Source: the human T2T-CHM13v2.0 reference genome, Homo sapiens
Assembly (NCBI RefSeq): GCF_009914755.1
Contig: NC_060945.1
DNA: 64,000 nucleotides
Direction: 5' to 3' (one strand)
The position numbers and the translations under genes were made by a program. Within the stretch, counting starts at the first letter, position 1. Each line of letters starts with the position of its first letter. Below, in pieces: positions 25,651 through 38,840 of the stretch. The notes under the pieces are model-generated. The model had not been told where the DNA came from and ran no database searches. It saw nothing but the letters and a program-made list of their open reading frames with translations.

Positions 25651-27309
25651 GACACACACACGCACACACACAACCCTTGGGCTGAAACCAGAGTAGTAAG
25701 TAAATGAACAGCCGTTATTATCCTGAGGGAAATGTTGTTATTGGAAACTGAAGTTTTGAGGAAATTAGTGGCCAACCCATGTGGGTCTTCACAAGACATA
25801 CAGCTAAGCCTGAAAGCCCTGCACAAAGCTGGGAATATCTAAGATACTATAAACTCAATGAGAGTCTTAGTTATAACAACAAATATGCCCACAAATGGAA
25901 CCAGAAAGAGACCTGCTTGTCTCTGCTATAGCCCTGGATGGGGTAAGAATAGTATTTTCCACACATGATAAGCATAGACCTACCTCATCAATTTATACTA
26001 CCTGAACAGGTCAGGAACCCCTCACGTTGAGAAATCAATTTAAAGTTCTAGGTTGTTAGCATTCTTTGGTACCAGCAGAGGCAATTTCAGTTCTTCTCTG
26101 GAGATTCTTAAGCTACTAGCTCAGGATTTTCCAAAATTAAAGCTAACATCTAGATTTAATTATTATCAAATGCCAAATACATGTCCCCAAAAACCCAAAA
26201 GCAAAACCAAAACAAAACCCAATTATCATGGTCCAAAGATAATGGAACCACAGAAAACAATTTGGTATATCAGATATTGGAATAACTAGAAAAGATATTT
26301 TAAAACTAAGTATAAAATATTTAAGGCAATAAAACTGAATGAGAAAAATAATCATATATCAAGAAACTACAGTTGCTAAAATATCCAATTACTTATGAAG
26401 AACCAGAAATAGAGGGCCAAAAATATAGGTACTAATGGTAAATATAGGATGCATCCTGGCATTAGAAAAATTTCAAAACACAAAATGATAAAGAAATCCA
26501 ACTACAGGACTCTGTAAACCAGACTTTGTATGGCAAAAACAAATCTTTTCCCTCTGCTGCTACTACACAAAAGTTCAATCCTGCTACTTTTCTTCCAAGA
26601 GGAATTGGTAATCACCTATCTGGGAGAATTGCCCTTTGAAACTGCAATCTAAATGCTAGCCTTTGCTTACTCTTGACAAATTTATCTAAAAACTGTGTAA
26701 AGGTCATTTTAACGTTACCAATGAGACTAATGATAGACGTGTACCCCCTTGGCTATAGTCACGGCTACTACTACCTGGGATATACATTTTCAACTTTAAA
26801 AATGGTTTATGAGTGTGTTATCTGTCCAACAGTTACATCTGTTAGCAATGTACTATATAAACTTTACAGTTGGTAGAAAAACTTTAATAAAGGCTTTTGT
26901 ATACTGAGATTACATGGGAAAGGAAAATAATATTTTAGTGTTGAAGGCCTTCTGGGCCTCTTTTCTTTTATTTCTCTGAGTCAGCAGCATGTGCAGGCTC
27001 ATGTATTTGAGTGGTTAGCCAAACTCTGCCAACATTTTGCCCAACGTGAAATGCCCATGTAACAAAGAATCTACGTCCTTTTTAAATTTAAAACATGTTG
27101 GTCCATGTCTACAGATTTAAAAGCAACAATACAAATTGCTCAAATGGAAAATCCTTAATTTAAAAATACAATCAATGCAAGCCACAACTCCTGCATACAA
27201 TCTTTGAGGAATTCTCCCCTTCCCAGGGATCACATTTAATGAACTGGCAATAGCTGGATTCTGAATGATACTCCCAGAAGTAGCACTGTAACTACGTCTT
27301 GAAACCTCA

Positions 27310-27753
27310 AGTGTTTAGGTTGGCTTTTCTTGAGATGGTTATCTAATAAGTCGGCCGTGTATGATTTTCTTTCACCTCCTATCATGGAAGTCTAATGGTC
27401 AGATATTCTGTCTTCCTGTTTCTGGCAGTAACACTTTGAGCATTTTACCTAGTATGGAATTTGTAATCTTGGTGTGACCAAGAGCTAGCTGTGCCATTGA
27501 GAGTCTAGCTCTGCCGCCTTGTGTGTTCCAAGAAAGCCCTATCCAGGACAGCAGTGCCAGGGTGCATCCCAACCCGACTGCTCTGGGGATGACAGTCTTG
27601 CTGTTTTCCTGCAGGCTTTCCTTCCTTGTTTCTTCCCCTTGTTTTGGTGTTCCCATATATTGTGCAAGCTATCAGACACCCTTCTAATATGATCCTTTCA
27701 GGCCAGACTAGAGTCAGTTTCTGTCACTTGCAATCAAGAAGCCTAACTGATAT
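27310..27753 (+). mobile_element. Old ERVL LTR (LTR33/LTR16-like)
   Basis: 3' end 'ctagagtcagtttctgtcacttgcaatcaagaagcctaactgata' matches LTR33/LTR16-type termini; 5' limit uncertain. Confidence 0.55.
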
Positions 27754-28328
27754 AATATCTCAACTAAAAAGTCAACTCTCAGTTATGAAGATTGCATATC
27801 TTTTCTCAGCCATTTGTTCCAGGCAATCCAAGTGAATTTACTGTATGTAGGTACCATTTCTCTTTATCCTCATCACTTCCAGCAGTCTCATTTCTGAATT
27901 TGTATATCAATAAGGAGAGTGCAAAATTAAATTAGTCTAACATCTGCCTAGCTTCTCTTTTTCATTGTTGTGCAGTATATATACATTGTTGTGAAGTACA
28001 TAGTACAACGGATATGGGCAAAACCAGAGATAGCAGTTATTAGGTTTAAATCCGTTATCTAGTGTTCTGTGAATGTATTTCTCTGGGGCAAAATAAAAAA
28101 TATTTGGAATAGTTTCACTCTGAAGTCAGCTGCTTCAGAAATTGCAGACTGTGTCAGATTGAACTCTCAAAGGAAAATATGAAGCACAGAAACAATGGTA
28201 AATGACAAGTAATAGAAAAAGTTGTATACATTCAGTAGAAGTAAATAAACTTTAACGTTTTCCAAATAAGATTTAACTTTTTAAAAAGTGTTTACTTGGT
28301 GTGAAGCATTGTGTCAAGTGATTCCAGT

Positions 28329-28568
28329 CAGGGTTTCTCAAACTCAGTTCTGGTGACAAGTGGCGTGGGAGAAAACTTTCTTACGGGAGCTTTCCTATGC
28401 ATTTTAGGACTGCCGGCAGCATCCTTGGCCTCTATCCATTAGATGCCAGTGGCACACAGGCAGACACACCATTTACAATAAACAAAAGTGTTTTCAGGCA
28501 TGGCCAATGTCACCTTGGCTGGGAGTTGTGGGGTGTGGCGGGGAATCACCTCTTGTTGAGAACCACTA
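28329..28568 (-). mobile_element. MER20 inserted into a MIR
   Basis: 'cagggtttctcaa...cagcatccttggcctctatccattagatgccagt...gttgagaaccact'. Confidence 0.85.
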
Positions 28569-28569
28569 T

Positions 28570-28770
28570 TTAGATGACGTAGTTATTTAACCTTCAAAAC
28601 AAACCCATGAGACAGGGATGATCATTATCTTTTACTTGTAAAAGAGTTATCATTACCCTTTTACAGGCAAAGAAAAGGAGACACAAATATGTTTCATTAG
28701 TCAACCACAAAAACAGCTAGTAAGTGGAAAAGCTGAGATTCAAACCTAGGCAGTCTGACTCCAGAATTTT
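28570..28770 (-). mobile_element. MIR (continues at ~28285-28328 on the other side of MER20)
   Basis: 'cagctagtaagtggaaaagctgagattcaaacctaggcagtctgactccaga'. Confidence 0.8.
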
Positions 28771-31700
28771 TGTTCACATTGTTTGTCTGTGGCACCCAAA
28801 ATGGTTGGGCTCAAGGGAGAATTAAATCCAAAGATTTATTAAATTTATCCAAATATACAATTCAAAAAAACCTCATACATTCTGCTTAAATACTCTGATT
28901 TTTTTTTCAGGAACCCCTTTAAATATTCAGTGCCAGGGAAAAATTCACAATACTTAAGCTCATATTTAAGTCATTGTTCCTGGATTTTAGATATGCTTAA
29001 AAGAAGCCTGGGTAGGAAAAAGATATGGAAATATGACTTTTAAAAGTAAACATTAGTATCTTCTAAAGTTAAACTAATAGCACATAGACAGTTCCCATCC
29101 CTCCTTTAAACATGCTATAGATCTGAGCTATGAGCCGACTCAGTCCCATCCCGTACAAGCCCACTTCACATTCAAGTCCATGCTTGTCTCCAGACAGCTC
29201 AGGTAGAACCAAAGTAGCCCTTGGGTTTTGGCTTAAAGCAGTCTGAGTGGGAGCACCTACAGAGCTTATGGGAGACAAACTTTGAATCTATGGTATTTTC
29301 ATTTATTTTTTAAATTTTCAAAAGGCTTGGTTTTCCCCCTTACCCCCTCCTTCAAAAGCATAGGCTGTAGGTACAAAAAGGGAGTGAAATATGGAGAAAA
29401 GGGAAATGTGGGAAGAGAAAGAAGGTCAGGAAAAGAAATTTTTTACTCAGAAGCATTTTTTTCCCTTTAGAATGTGTTTAAATTTGTAAGTATGATTTTT
29501 AACTGAAAGTTGAAAATTATAACTTGAGTCAGCAGAGTAATTACCTACATTGTGTCAGGAATTCTGCTTCTAGGAAACAAATGAATTCATAAAATGTCAC
29601 TTTTCTTCCTAGACACACAAAAATTTATACCTGCAACCTTAATATATTGAAACATACAACTTGCAGACATACTGTGTAAGTGTGTAACTTTCTAACTTGG
29701 CTAGGACAGAGGAGCAAGCTGGATGGAAATTGAGCTGTTCTTGCAAATTTCGGAGAACTAGTTCATCAGAGATGGAAATTCCAAACAGCTTGCTGAGGCT
29801 AAATGGAATTGAGGGGCTATGGATTCAATGCAGACCATAATTGAGTTTTATTTGCCCTTTCAAGGACTTATGCAAAGCTTTATTCCCTTAGCACAGTACA
29901 CACAAGGTGACATTTTTCAGCAGTCTGACTTTTCAATTATGGATCTTTTGGAAAGCTAATGATGTCAATATTGTTAATACTGCCAACATTGTGTCAGTAC
30001 ATTGAAGAACCTGTGATATTAAATATGCTGATGTAAAAATATATGTTATTTCTGCTCAGCCGTGTGCAAACAATCTGGCTGAAGTGCTAGAATTATAGGG
30101 AAATCCTCTCCAGAGATAAAAGCAGAATGGAATTCGGTTGAGAGCAGTTAAAAAGCTCTCTTGTTTTAAGTGGTTTCCTGAAGTACTGAGGCCAAAATTT
30201 TAGAAGCTAATTGCATGGAGTCTCTCACTCAAGACTTCTGGTTAAAGTTAGAATACTCTTACCATGTTATTTGTACTTTAGGGGATGGGGAGAGCATCAT
30301 AATGTCTAAAGTTTTAAAAAATTTATACAAATAGAATTTTTGAGTAAATGATTGATGATATTAAAAGGTTTAAGAGAATAACAACTCTTCAGGCAGCAAA
30401 GGGTCTAAGACCAAATATTTTCCATCACACAATTACTATAACAAAGCCAGGATCATATTCTTCACAGTAAACCCTCATTTATTAGTTATGAGCATTGGTG
30501 ATTTTTCAGTGTGATGGGTTCCAGATGTCTAAATACAGTGACAACCCATTGATAAAAGGAATTATAGTGACCGCAGTAACAAAAGCACATTCTCCTTAAA
30601 AGTAAAAGGAATAACAAATGTGATATTTAATTACATATTTAAGATATTACCCTTCCAGATTCTTTTCTCCATATTTTTATTACTTATTTCAAAATCTCTC
30701 GCCTACTATATCTCTTCTAGACAATAAATTCTAACAATGATTTTATTTCTCATGTATGAAAATGTCTATCTGATATTTCCAGAGAATAAAACCTTTTTGG
30801 CATGGAATTAAAATGCATGCTAAACTTAAGAAAAATTTCATTTGCTGGTAATGTCCAAATGAAACAAAGTATTTGGTGTTGAATAGGAAATCTGTAGTGG
30901 TAACAACTAACAATAGGGCAGAAAGGTTTTTATTATAAAGGAAACCCAAGAAATAACTTCTTGGAGTAGTATACTCCTACTATCTTAGAATAGTAATATT
31001 CTAGTATTATTTTAGAGGTAGTTAAGAAAAGTATGTGTCAAGAACTACATAAACATTATTCCATAGGCCATCACTATAATATAAATGTTAGAATACATTA
31101 TCTGAGACTATTATTTAATATAATCTTTGTCATGTTTCAGTAAATAACTTCACTTATATTACAATATAAAAATAATTAATATTGCCTTTCAATCTATATA
31201 AATTTTAAGGTGATCATCTCACATATAAATTTCATATAATAATGATAATAAGTGTTTATAAAATAAAATAAAAATAAGCATGAATTAGGAAAAGGAGACT
31301 TTTCTCTAGGTTAAGTTCTGTGTTATTTGTATTTGTTGATCCTCTTGTACATATTTTGCAGCGAAAGTGAGTTTTATGATGTTTAAAATGATGGTGGAAA
31401 AGTGAAGAATAAGCACCCATCTATATAAAGAAAGACTTAAAATTGATCATTGTATAGCAAAATTCAAAATGAGTATTACCTTTAAAAGTAACTTGTAATG
31501 ATAGAATATTTTTATACTAGGTTGAAAACAATACTTATCTTTTTTTTTTTTAACTACAAAAATGAGAAGGGTGATAAGTAATTCAGGTCCTCGAGCAAAA
31601 AGCAATATAAAAGTTTTGACATAGAAATATTTTTTGTAGGAGGGAGATTTTGGAAGAAAGGGGCAGATGCACATGAAATTATGGTTTAAAACTTTGCTAA

Positions 31701-31936
31701 TCCTCAAACTTAAAAGTGATTCAACTTTAGGAATAGCCAAAAATCTAGTAAATATTTGAGCACACTAACTGGGTAAATTTTTATCCTCTTTTATTTTGTT
31801 GTTAATGGGTGATGAGACTAATACTAATTTTTGCATGATTTATAAAGTGCTGCTAAATATGACTCTAGATGACTCCAGAAAGTATTTGAAGTCATAACAT
31901 AAAGTGAATTTCCTCTTTGAATAATTTGTCTCTTTT

Positions 31937-32910
31937 GAATCAGTTTTCTGTTGCTGTGTAATAAATTCCACAAATTTAGCAGCATGCAACAGTATCCACT
32001 TATTAGTTCATGGTTCTGTAGTTCAGAAATAAGGACATGGCATCATCAGTTCTCTGCTGAGATCTCAGAATACTAAAAATCAAGGTGTCATCTGGTGATA
32101 TGAGTTGGCTGTGTCCCCACCCAAATCTCATCTTGAATTGTGGCTCCCATAATTCCCTTGCGTTGTGGGAGGGACCCAGTGGGAGGTAATTAAATTATAG
32201 AAGAGGGTTTTTCTCATGCTGTTCTCATGATAGTGAATAACTCTCACGAGATCTGATGGTCTTATAAAGGGCAGTTCCCCTGCACATGCTCTCTTGCCTG
32301 CTGCCGTGCAAGTCGTTCTTTGCTCCTCCTTTGTCCTCCACCATGATTGTGAGGCCTCCCCAGCCCTGTGGAACTGTGAGTCGATTAAACCTCCTTTTCT
32401 TTATAAATTACCCAGTCTCAGGTATATCTTTCAGCAGTGTGGGAATAAACTAATACATCTGGGCTGAATTTTTTTATGGAGCTTGAAATCTTTTTCTAAA
32501 CATACATGTTTTGGGCAAGTTTTAGTTCCATGCAGTTATAGCACTTAGGTCCCTGTTTCCAGCTCTCAGCCAGAGGCCACTCTCAGCTCCTTGCCAAGTG
32601 GCACCTCCAAGTTCAAAGCCAGCAGCATAGTATTTCTTTTTCATCCAATCACCCTCACCTTCAAATCTCCTTGGCCAAGAATACAGCCAAGTGGATTCCC
32701 TGATTAGGTTCATCCCTCTCAAGATAATCTTCCCATATTAAGGTCAAATGGTTTGGAATCTTAATTACATTTGCAAAATCCCTTTGGCATATAACACATC
32801 ATCAGTGAAGTGATATCTAATCATATTCACAGTTTCCACCCACACATATGGGTAAGAGATTACACAAAGGAGAGGGTCATTAAAGTCATTTTGAAATTCT
32901 GGCTGCCACA
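31937..32910 (-). mobile_element. MLT1E/F-like solo LTR, split by THE1B
   Basis: 'cagttttctgttgctgtgtaataaattccacaaatttagc' ... 'cttaattacatttgcaaaatccctttgg...aattctggctgccaca'. Confidence 0.8.
32096..32457 (+). mobile_element. THE1B solo LTR
   Basis: TG...CA ends ('tgatatg...ctaataca'), 362 bp, exact 5-bp TSD TCTGG at 32091-32095 and 32458-32462. Confidence 0.95.
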
Positions 32911-33560
32911 ACCCTCCTAACTGAGCTTTCCACTTCCTTCAACCTCTAATCTGCTGCCAAATAGTTTTTTTTTCCTAAATGCAATTATGAAGAAGTTATT
33001 CAATACCACCATCACTATCATCTGTACCATTAATGTTTAAAGTATTTTGTTGGTTTTCACTTGTTCATTCTTATGATAGCACATTTGGGTATTGTTTCTT
33101 CAAATATTTTCTGCCTCTCAAATCTTCATACACAGTGCTCTAACTCCATTTACCTAGTTTTAGTACCTTTTGAAGACCTATTTCCCCTCCAGACTCCCTT
33201 ATCCTTAGAGTTTGTATTTCTCCAAACCTACTGCCTGTCTCTCAACTTCCGCTTGTTTCTTTAGGTTCATTAAGATTCAGCTTGGAAATCATATCTTTCA
33301 AGGACATTTTCTAGTACCTTTCCCCATCCTTAGCCCCTTCATTTTAGAGAGATGCCTCTTCTCTGCAATCTCAGATAACTTGCATGATTCTCCTAACTTC
33401 ACTCTGTATTTTAATTGCCTGCTGTTTGCTTTACTCCACTGGATTGTGACCCTGTTGAGGAAGAAAGTTTCTAAAGTTTCTTCCATATCTCATTTATGGT
33501 GTTTCTGATGTCCAAAATAGTTCCTGTGACCAGAAAAGAAAATTGTTAAAATTCATGAAA
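32911..33560 (+). mobile_element. Degraded L2 3' region
   Basis: 'cctcctaactgagctttcc...tgctgccaaatagttttttttcctaaatgcaa...tattttaattgcctgctgtttgc...actggattgtgacc'. Confidence 0.5.
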
Positions 33561-33666
33561 CTCTGACACTTTCTAATTTTGAGACCATTTCTGTAAATGA
33601 CAAATAATTTGACTTTTCTGTATTCTGGTTATTTCAGTTACCTTATGGGTTAGACAAAATCCACAG

Positions 33667-34050
33667 TGTATTAGTCCATTCTCACCCTGCTATAAATAAA
33701 TACCCGAGACTGGGTAATTTATAAAGAAAAAGACTTTAATTGACTCCCATTTCCACATGGCTGGGGAGGCCTCAGGAAACTTACAGTCATGGCAGAAGGC
33801 AAAAGAGAAGCAAGGACCTTGGTTACATTGCAGCAGGAGAGAGAAGTGCAAGCACAGGAAATGCCAGACTCTTATAAATCCATCAGATCTCATGAGAATT
33901 CACTATCACAAGAAGAGCGTGGGGGAAACCACCCCATGATCCAATCACCTCCCTCCCTCTACACGTGGGGATTACAAGTTCCTCCCTTGACACGGGAGGA
34001 TTATAATTTGAGATGAGTTTTGGGCGGGGACATAGAGACAAACAATATTA
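33667..34050 (-). mobile_element. THE1D-like solo LTR
   Basis: 'tgtattagtccattctcac...ggctggggaggcctcaggaaacttaca...'; exact TSD CACAG at 33662-33666 and 34051-34055. Confidence 0.93.
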
Positions 34051-34154
34051 CACAGTATATTGGCTTTTATAATCAAGTGAAAGTTTAGGGCTAATTAAAT
34101 AATGGTCTAGGTAAATGGATATTGTTTAGATAACTGGAAACAGGGTCTTAATTT

Positions 34155-34186
34155 TATATATATATATATATATATTTTTTTTTTTT
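34155..34186. repeat. (TA)10 followed by T12 simple repeat
   Basis: Direct observation. Confidence 0.95.
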
Positions 34187-34719
34187 CTTTCTTTTCAGTT
34201 AGTATAACAGAAAATGCTGGAGCATGGATCAAAAGGCAGAGCAACCATAAGGACCCCGTAATGGGACATAATTAATGAGGCAAAAGTATAAACTTCTAAT
34301 AAAATTACAAACTCAAATAGATTGGCATTGTTTTTGCATTAAAGTATTATACTTATCTTGGCTGTGCTTTATATCCTAATTTGTAGTTTTCTATTTTATT
34401 TAATTCATTATTTTAAAAAAGTTTCCAATGTTAGAAAATTTCTGTAGGAAACTTTAAGTCTGCCGGCCACGCAAAAACATTTTTATAGTTTCTTTCATCA
34501 ACATTAATTAAATGGCTACAGATGCCCTGTTAATTTTCTTATGAATTGCACACTTATTATACCATTTTATAGGCATCTTATCAGTCATGAGTACACATTG
34601 AAAGGTTTGCATTAGTTTTGCTAACAAAGTATTTATCCTAAAATGCAGATGGTAGAATTATAGATATGATTCTTAAGGAAAATACCGTGCTTGAAAAATG
34701 AAGTATCAAATACAACACA

Positions 34720-34752
34720 CTCTCTCTCTCCCTCTGTCTCTCTCTCTCTCTC
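34720..34752. repeat. Imperfect (TC)n microsatellite
   Basis: 'ctctctctctccctctgtctctctctctctctc'. Confidence 0.85.
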
Positions 34753-35655
34753 CACCCACATTTAAAAAACATATACATTAGGGAAAAAATTCCTGTTGAT
34801 ACTGGAGAATGAGAACATATCCCTTTATACTGAATCATTTTGAATGTAGAAAATAGGATATGTTTCTGAACAGAAAAAATACTTTAAGCATTAATTAGCA
34901 TGTATAAATTAATTTATAAGAAAAAACTCATCCAGTGTTTACACAACACTTCAATAAGCTGCACTAACGGAACCATACAAACCCTTTGCACAAGTGTAGA
35001 AAAATACTTAATGGTTTTCATTTGACTTCTCTCTGAATATATTATCAAGTCTTAAAAATAACACGGTACCTTTTGGTGAGAAACATACAATAGTCCTGAA
35101 ATAGACATTCATTTTCTACATTTCACTTTTAAGCAATTAACAGTTTATATTAGTTGTCAAGAGTTTGTGTTTTAAAAAAAATTCTAAGTAGAATAAACAT
35201 TTATAGGTGACTTTTAAACACTGGAAAACATTTATTTGAGAATCGATCATGTTTTTTAAAAGTGCTGTATCTGACAAAAAAAAGTGTCTTTTTCCTTTTC
35301 TATCTCATTTTTATATAAGAGAAATATAGTTGTTCCAAGGATCATCTTAATTGTCATACCTGCATTAAAAATAACTTTATTTGGATTACAGTTTTTATCA
35401 TCTGCTTTTTTAAAACGGAATAACATTGACCTTGAAACTTTCACTTTTACAATGAGAATGACAGTTTTCTTCTGGGAGATATTCACATGTAATTATTAGT
35501 TGTTCTTTGCTTTGAATTTATTAAAGTACATTCAAGGAAGTCTATTTCAAGACTCAATTTTTTATATTACATTTTTAAAATTCAATGTAGAAAACATCAA
35601 AAATGTGAAAATTATACTGATGTCTTTCTGACCCAACAAAACACAAAATGCTATT

Positions 35656-36017
35656 CAGTACTTCTCAGCCTTGGCTATTTACTGGAAGCACCTGGGGACG
35701 GAGGTGAAGCTCACGAAGGTCCTGATGCCCTGGCTGCCCCTTGGATCATTTATATCAAATTGAAGTGTGGGAACTGGCAGCGATATTTTTAAGAATTACC
35801 TGAAGTTTCCAATGTGCAGACAAACTTGAGAAATACTACTCAACTAGTGGCTCTGAATTTGTTTTACATTCTAATTACCTGTGGAGGTTTTTAAACTTTG
35901 TTTAAAAGTCAAAACCACACTCCATACCAATTAAATCAGGTAGAGTGAGACACAAGGAACAGCGTTTAAAAATGTTTCAGCTGATTACAGTGTTCAGCTA
36001 AGTTTGAGAACAAGTGC
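35656..36017. mobile_element. Two tandem MER5A-like MITEs (35656-35838 and 35845-36017)
   Basis: Each unit runs (c/t)agt..(t)tctc/g...acctg...aatgtgcag/agtgttcag...ttgagaa, with a 6-bp spacer. Confidence 0.65.
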
Positions 36018-37849
36018 TTTAGGTTGGAAATCAGTTTAGGCATATTGCTGTTCTATGTTTGTGGATTGTTTCAGTTTGTGATAGGGAGGTGGTGGGGAAG
36101 ATGACAAGAAGGGAACAAATACTACTGCATTTTTTAACCAACGCTATTTTGTAGATTCTACGTATTTAAAGCCATTTAATAAAAACTTAGCCTATATTAA
36201 ATGTGAAACACATTAACGAAAGAGTTGCATGAAAATATAAAACTGTTTAATGAAGATCTGGTAGCTTTCCCTCAGAATTGCAAAGGAGAATGTAAACTGT
36301 TGTATCGTGATTCCTTTATCTCTTCCACAGAGAAAATACACCATAAAAGTAATAAGAACATGCTAAAGCAACTGTTAGTTAAATATGTATTTCCTTTTCT
36401 TACAAATTGTGCCCTTTGTTGAAAAATTGCAAAGTGATAGATGGCTTATTTGTTTATATTGTTAGGTTGTATAAGATGTACTCTTTTCAAAAACTGTTCT
36501 AACAATTTGGTCTGAATTGAGCTTGGATTCTTCCAAATTTTATTGCCATATACATTAAGTTTCAATCCAAGCTTTAATACTTACTGTTATGCCTTTTTCA
36601 AAAAGCATTCCAAAGAAAAGTTACAGTCAGGTCAATTTGCTAAAATATGCTAGAATAAAAAGCCAATATAATCATGAACTTTTGCTCCATAATCATTATG
36701 TTTATCCCTGTATATGTCCAAATAATATTTGAGGTAGTTCACAGTCAACTGGGATAAAGGAGGGAGAGATGCCCAATATTGTCTTTGTGTTATTCTTCCT
36801 GTAGCAAGTAAACTGTTAATTCATTACAGTGTAGAGATACATAAATGCTAAAATATGGAATACATTAAATGTTGAATAAGTTTTTATTATCTAGTGATAA
36901 GGTCTGTGAAAATTATATATTGAAACTTGAAACAAAAGCAAGAGTTTTACTAAATAGTTATTCTTGTTCTTAAATTTCCATTTCTACATGTGACATCAAA
37001 ATCGCAATCCAGTCTTCAAAGGGATGTTATAATTATGTAGGTACAGATACAGAACTCCTACATCTCCCACTCACATACCCACACACACCCACCTAAACAT
37101 TTCTTAACAATAATTTCTCTACAGGCTTTTAAAATTATGAAGGTAATTATATTTCCACCTCCTGATTTTCACCATATTGCAGTGATCAAACATTGTACAA
37201 ACAGGATTAAAGCATTTATGTTTTGATCAAGATCATTTCCCTGCTGGAGCTATCATTTGCGTCAAGGGCAAATGTATGAACACAGTTTGAAAATCATGCA
37301 AGAAGCTAGAATCCGTGGAAGAGTAGTTAACCAAGATTCTACATCATCAGCCAAGAACAACGTGTGTTCATGACTCTTTGTGGTGATTTATTCACATACT
37401 GCCCGGTTTACATTGGATTAGTTTTTCTAAAGATAAGTTTCTACACCAGATGACTTTCTAAAGCCTTGTTGAGTATGCAACTCAATGAGTTAGGAGTTTC
37501 CTTTGTTAGCAAACCTGTCTTTTCTTGACAATGAAAACTCTCACTGTGAGTGTTAAACCTAGTCTTGTCTGCTGTGAAGCTGTAGTTGAAATCTTGTCTC
37601 ACCTGTGAGGCATACTGGATATAAATTAGTGAAACACAATGCTTGAGGAACAGTAGTAGTACTTTGAGCTAATGGATTAACCAACTCTAAGTTTAACTTC
37701 TCTGCTCCCTAGTTTTTGAAAACAGAATAGTCATCAAAGATGGAGCTGTATATACGGCTCCTGAATATAGATGTAAGGAATTCATAGCCCAATTCAATCT
37801 AATTATGTGGGAAATGTCTTATTTGTAGAAAGAACATGAGTTTTGTTTG

Positions 37850-38050
37850 AGATTACCCGACAGCTCCATTACTGACTAGCTCTCTGACAAGGGGCAAATA
37901 ATGTGACTTCTTAAAGCCTTAGTTTATTCATCATAAAATGAAAATAATAAAACTACCAAAGGGTTTGTAGAGGCAATTAAATAGAATAAAGCTTGTAATA
38001 CACCTAACAGGGCAAATTACACATAGCAGTCACCAAAATAATATCCATTT
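37850..38050 (+). mobile_element. MIR
   Basis: 'ctagctctctgacaaggggcaaataatgtgacttcttaaagccttagtttattcatcataaaatgaaaataataa'. Confidence 0.75.
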
Positions 38051-38840
38051 TCCTTCTGTGTAACTGTGAGGAAAGAAGTCTGGGTCCCAAGAGTAGGCTG
38101 ACATGAAAAGTGACAAGATAAATAATATTATCATAATAAAAAACTATAAAAAGTATTGTTTTTCAACTTTTCCCTCTAATTACATTACCTCTCCTTCCAT
38201 GACCCCTTTGTTTTTCTCACTCATTTAGAAGATTGTACTTCCTTTTATTCAGCCTAACCATTCTGCATACACAGATACATACTTTGGACATCATGCTTGA
38301 AAATATTTTTAAGCAAATGTATGAATATTAGACCAAGATACACACTTATAATTGTATATGAATTATTTGACCTCTTAAAATGTATTTTTACACCAAGCGG
38401 TAACAACAAATGTGATAAATCAAGAAAATTAAGAGCCACCGCACATTACTGGCTTGTCAAAAAGCACATATATTCATGCTTCTGATGTGGTTATATAAAC
38501 ACATCACTGCACTGTTTCCAAGCAGAAATTTGTGTGGCTTGGCAGTCCTAGAAGGATTGAAAAAGTTAAAAAGGATTATCACAGTATCCATTATGAAGCT
38601 CTATTGGAGATGTTTTGACATAACTACTATTTTACTTATTTGATTAACAAAAACACTCATTTTTTTTTAAATTTTGACTCAAGAATATTATTAGATTAGT
38701 CTTGCTTTTACTGTAGGTATTTGCAGAAACTCATTCAACTTTCTAGAAACTTTTGCCTAGAATAACTCAAAAATGGCTGCTTTAAAAGAAAATTTGCTGA
38801 AAATTTGTTCAGCATTATCACCTACAAAAATGGTTTTGTA

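Noticed and set aside
33950-34010. ~28-bp tandem duplication in the THE1D LTR (cctccct..acacg.g..gatta.aa twice)
   Set aside because: I recall this duplication as a recurrent THE1D variant, so it is probably inherited from the source element; not verified.
34146-34265. Very strong-looking 3' splice site (polypyrimidine tract plus CAG at 34196-34198)
   Set aside because: The tract is a (TA)n/poly-T simple repeat and the nearest donor (ccc|gtaatg) is weak.
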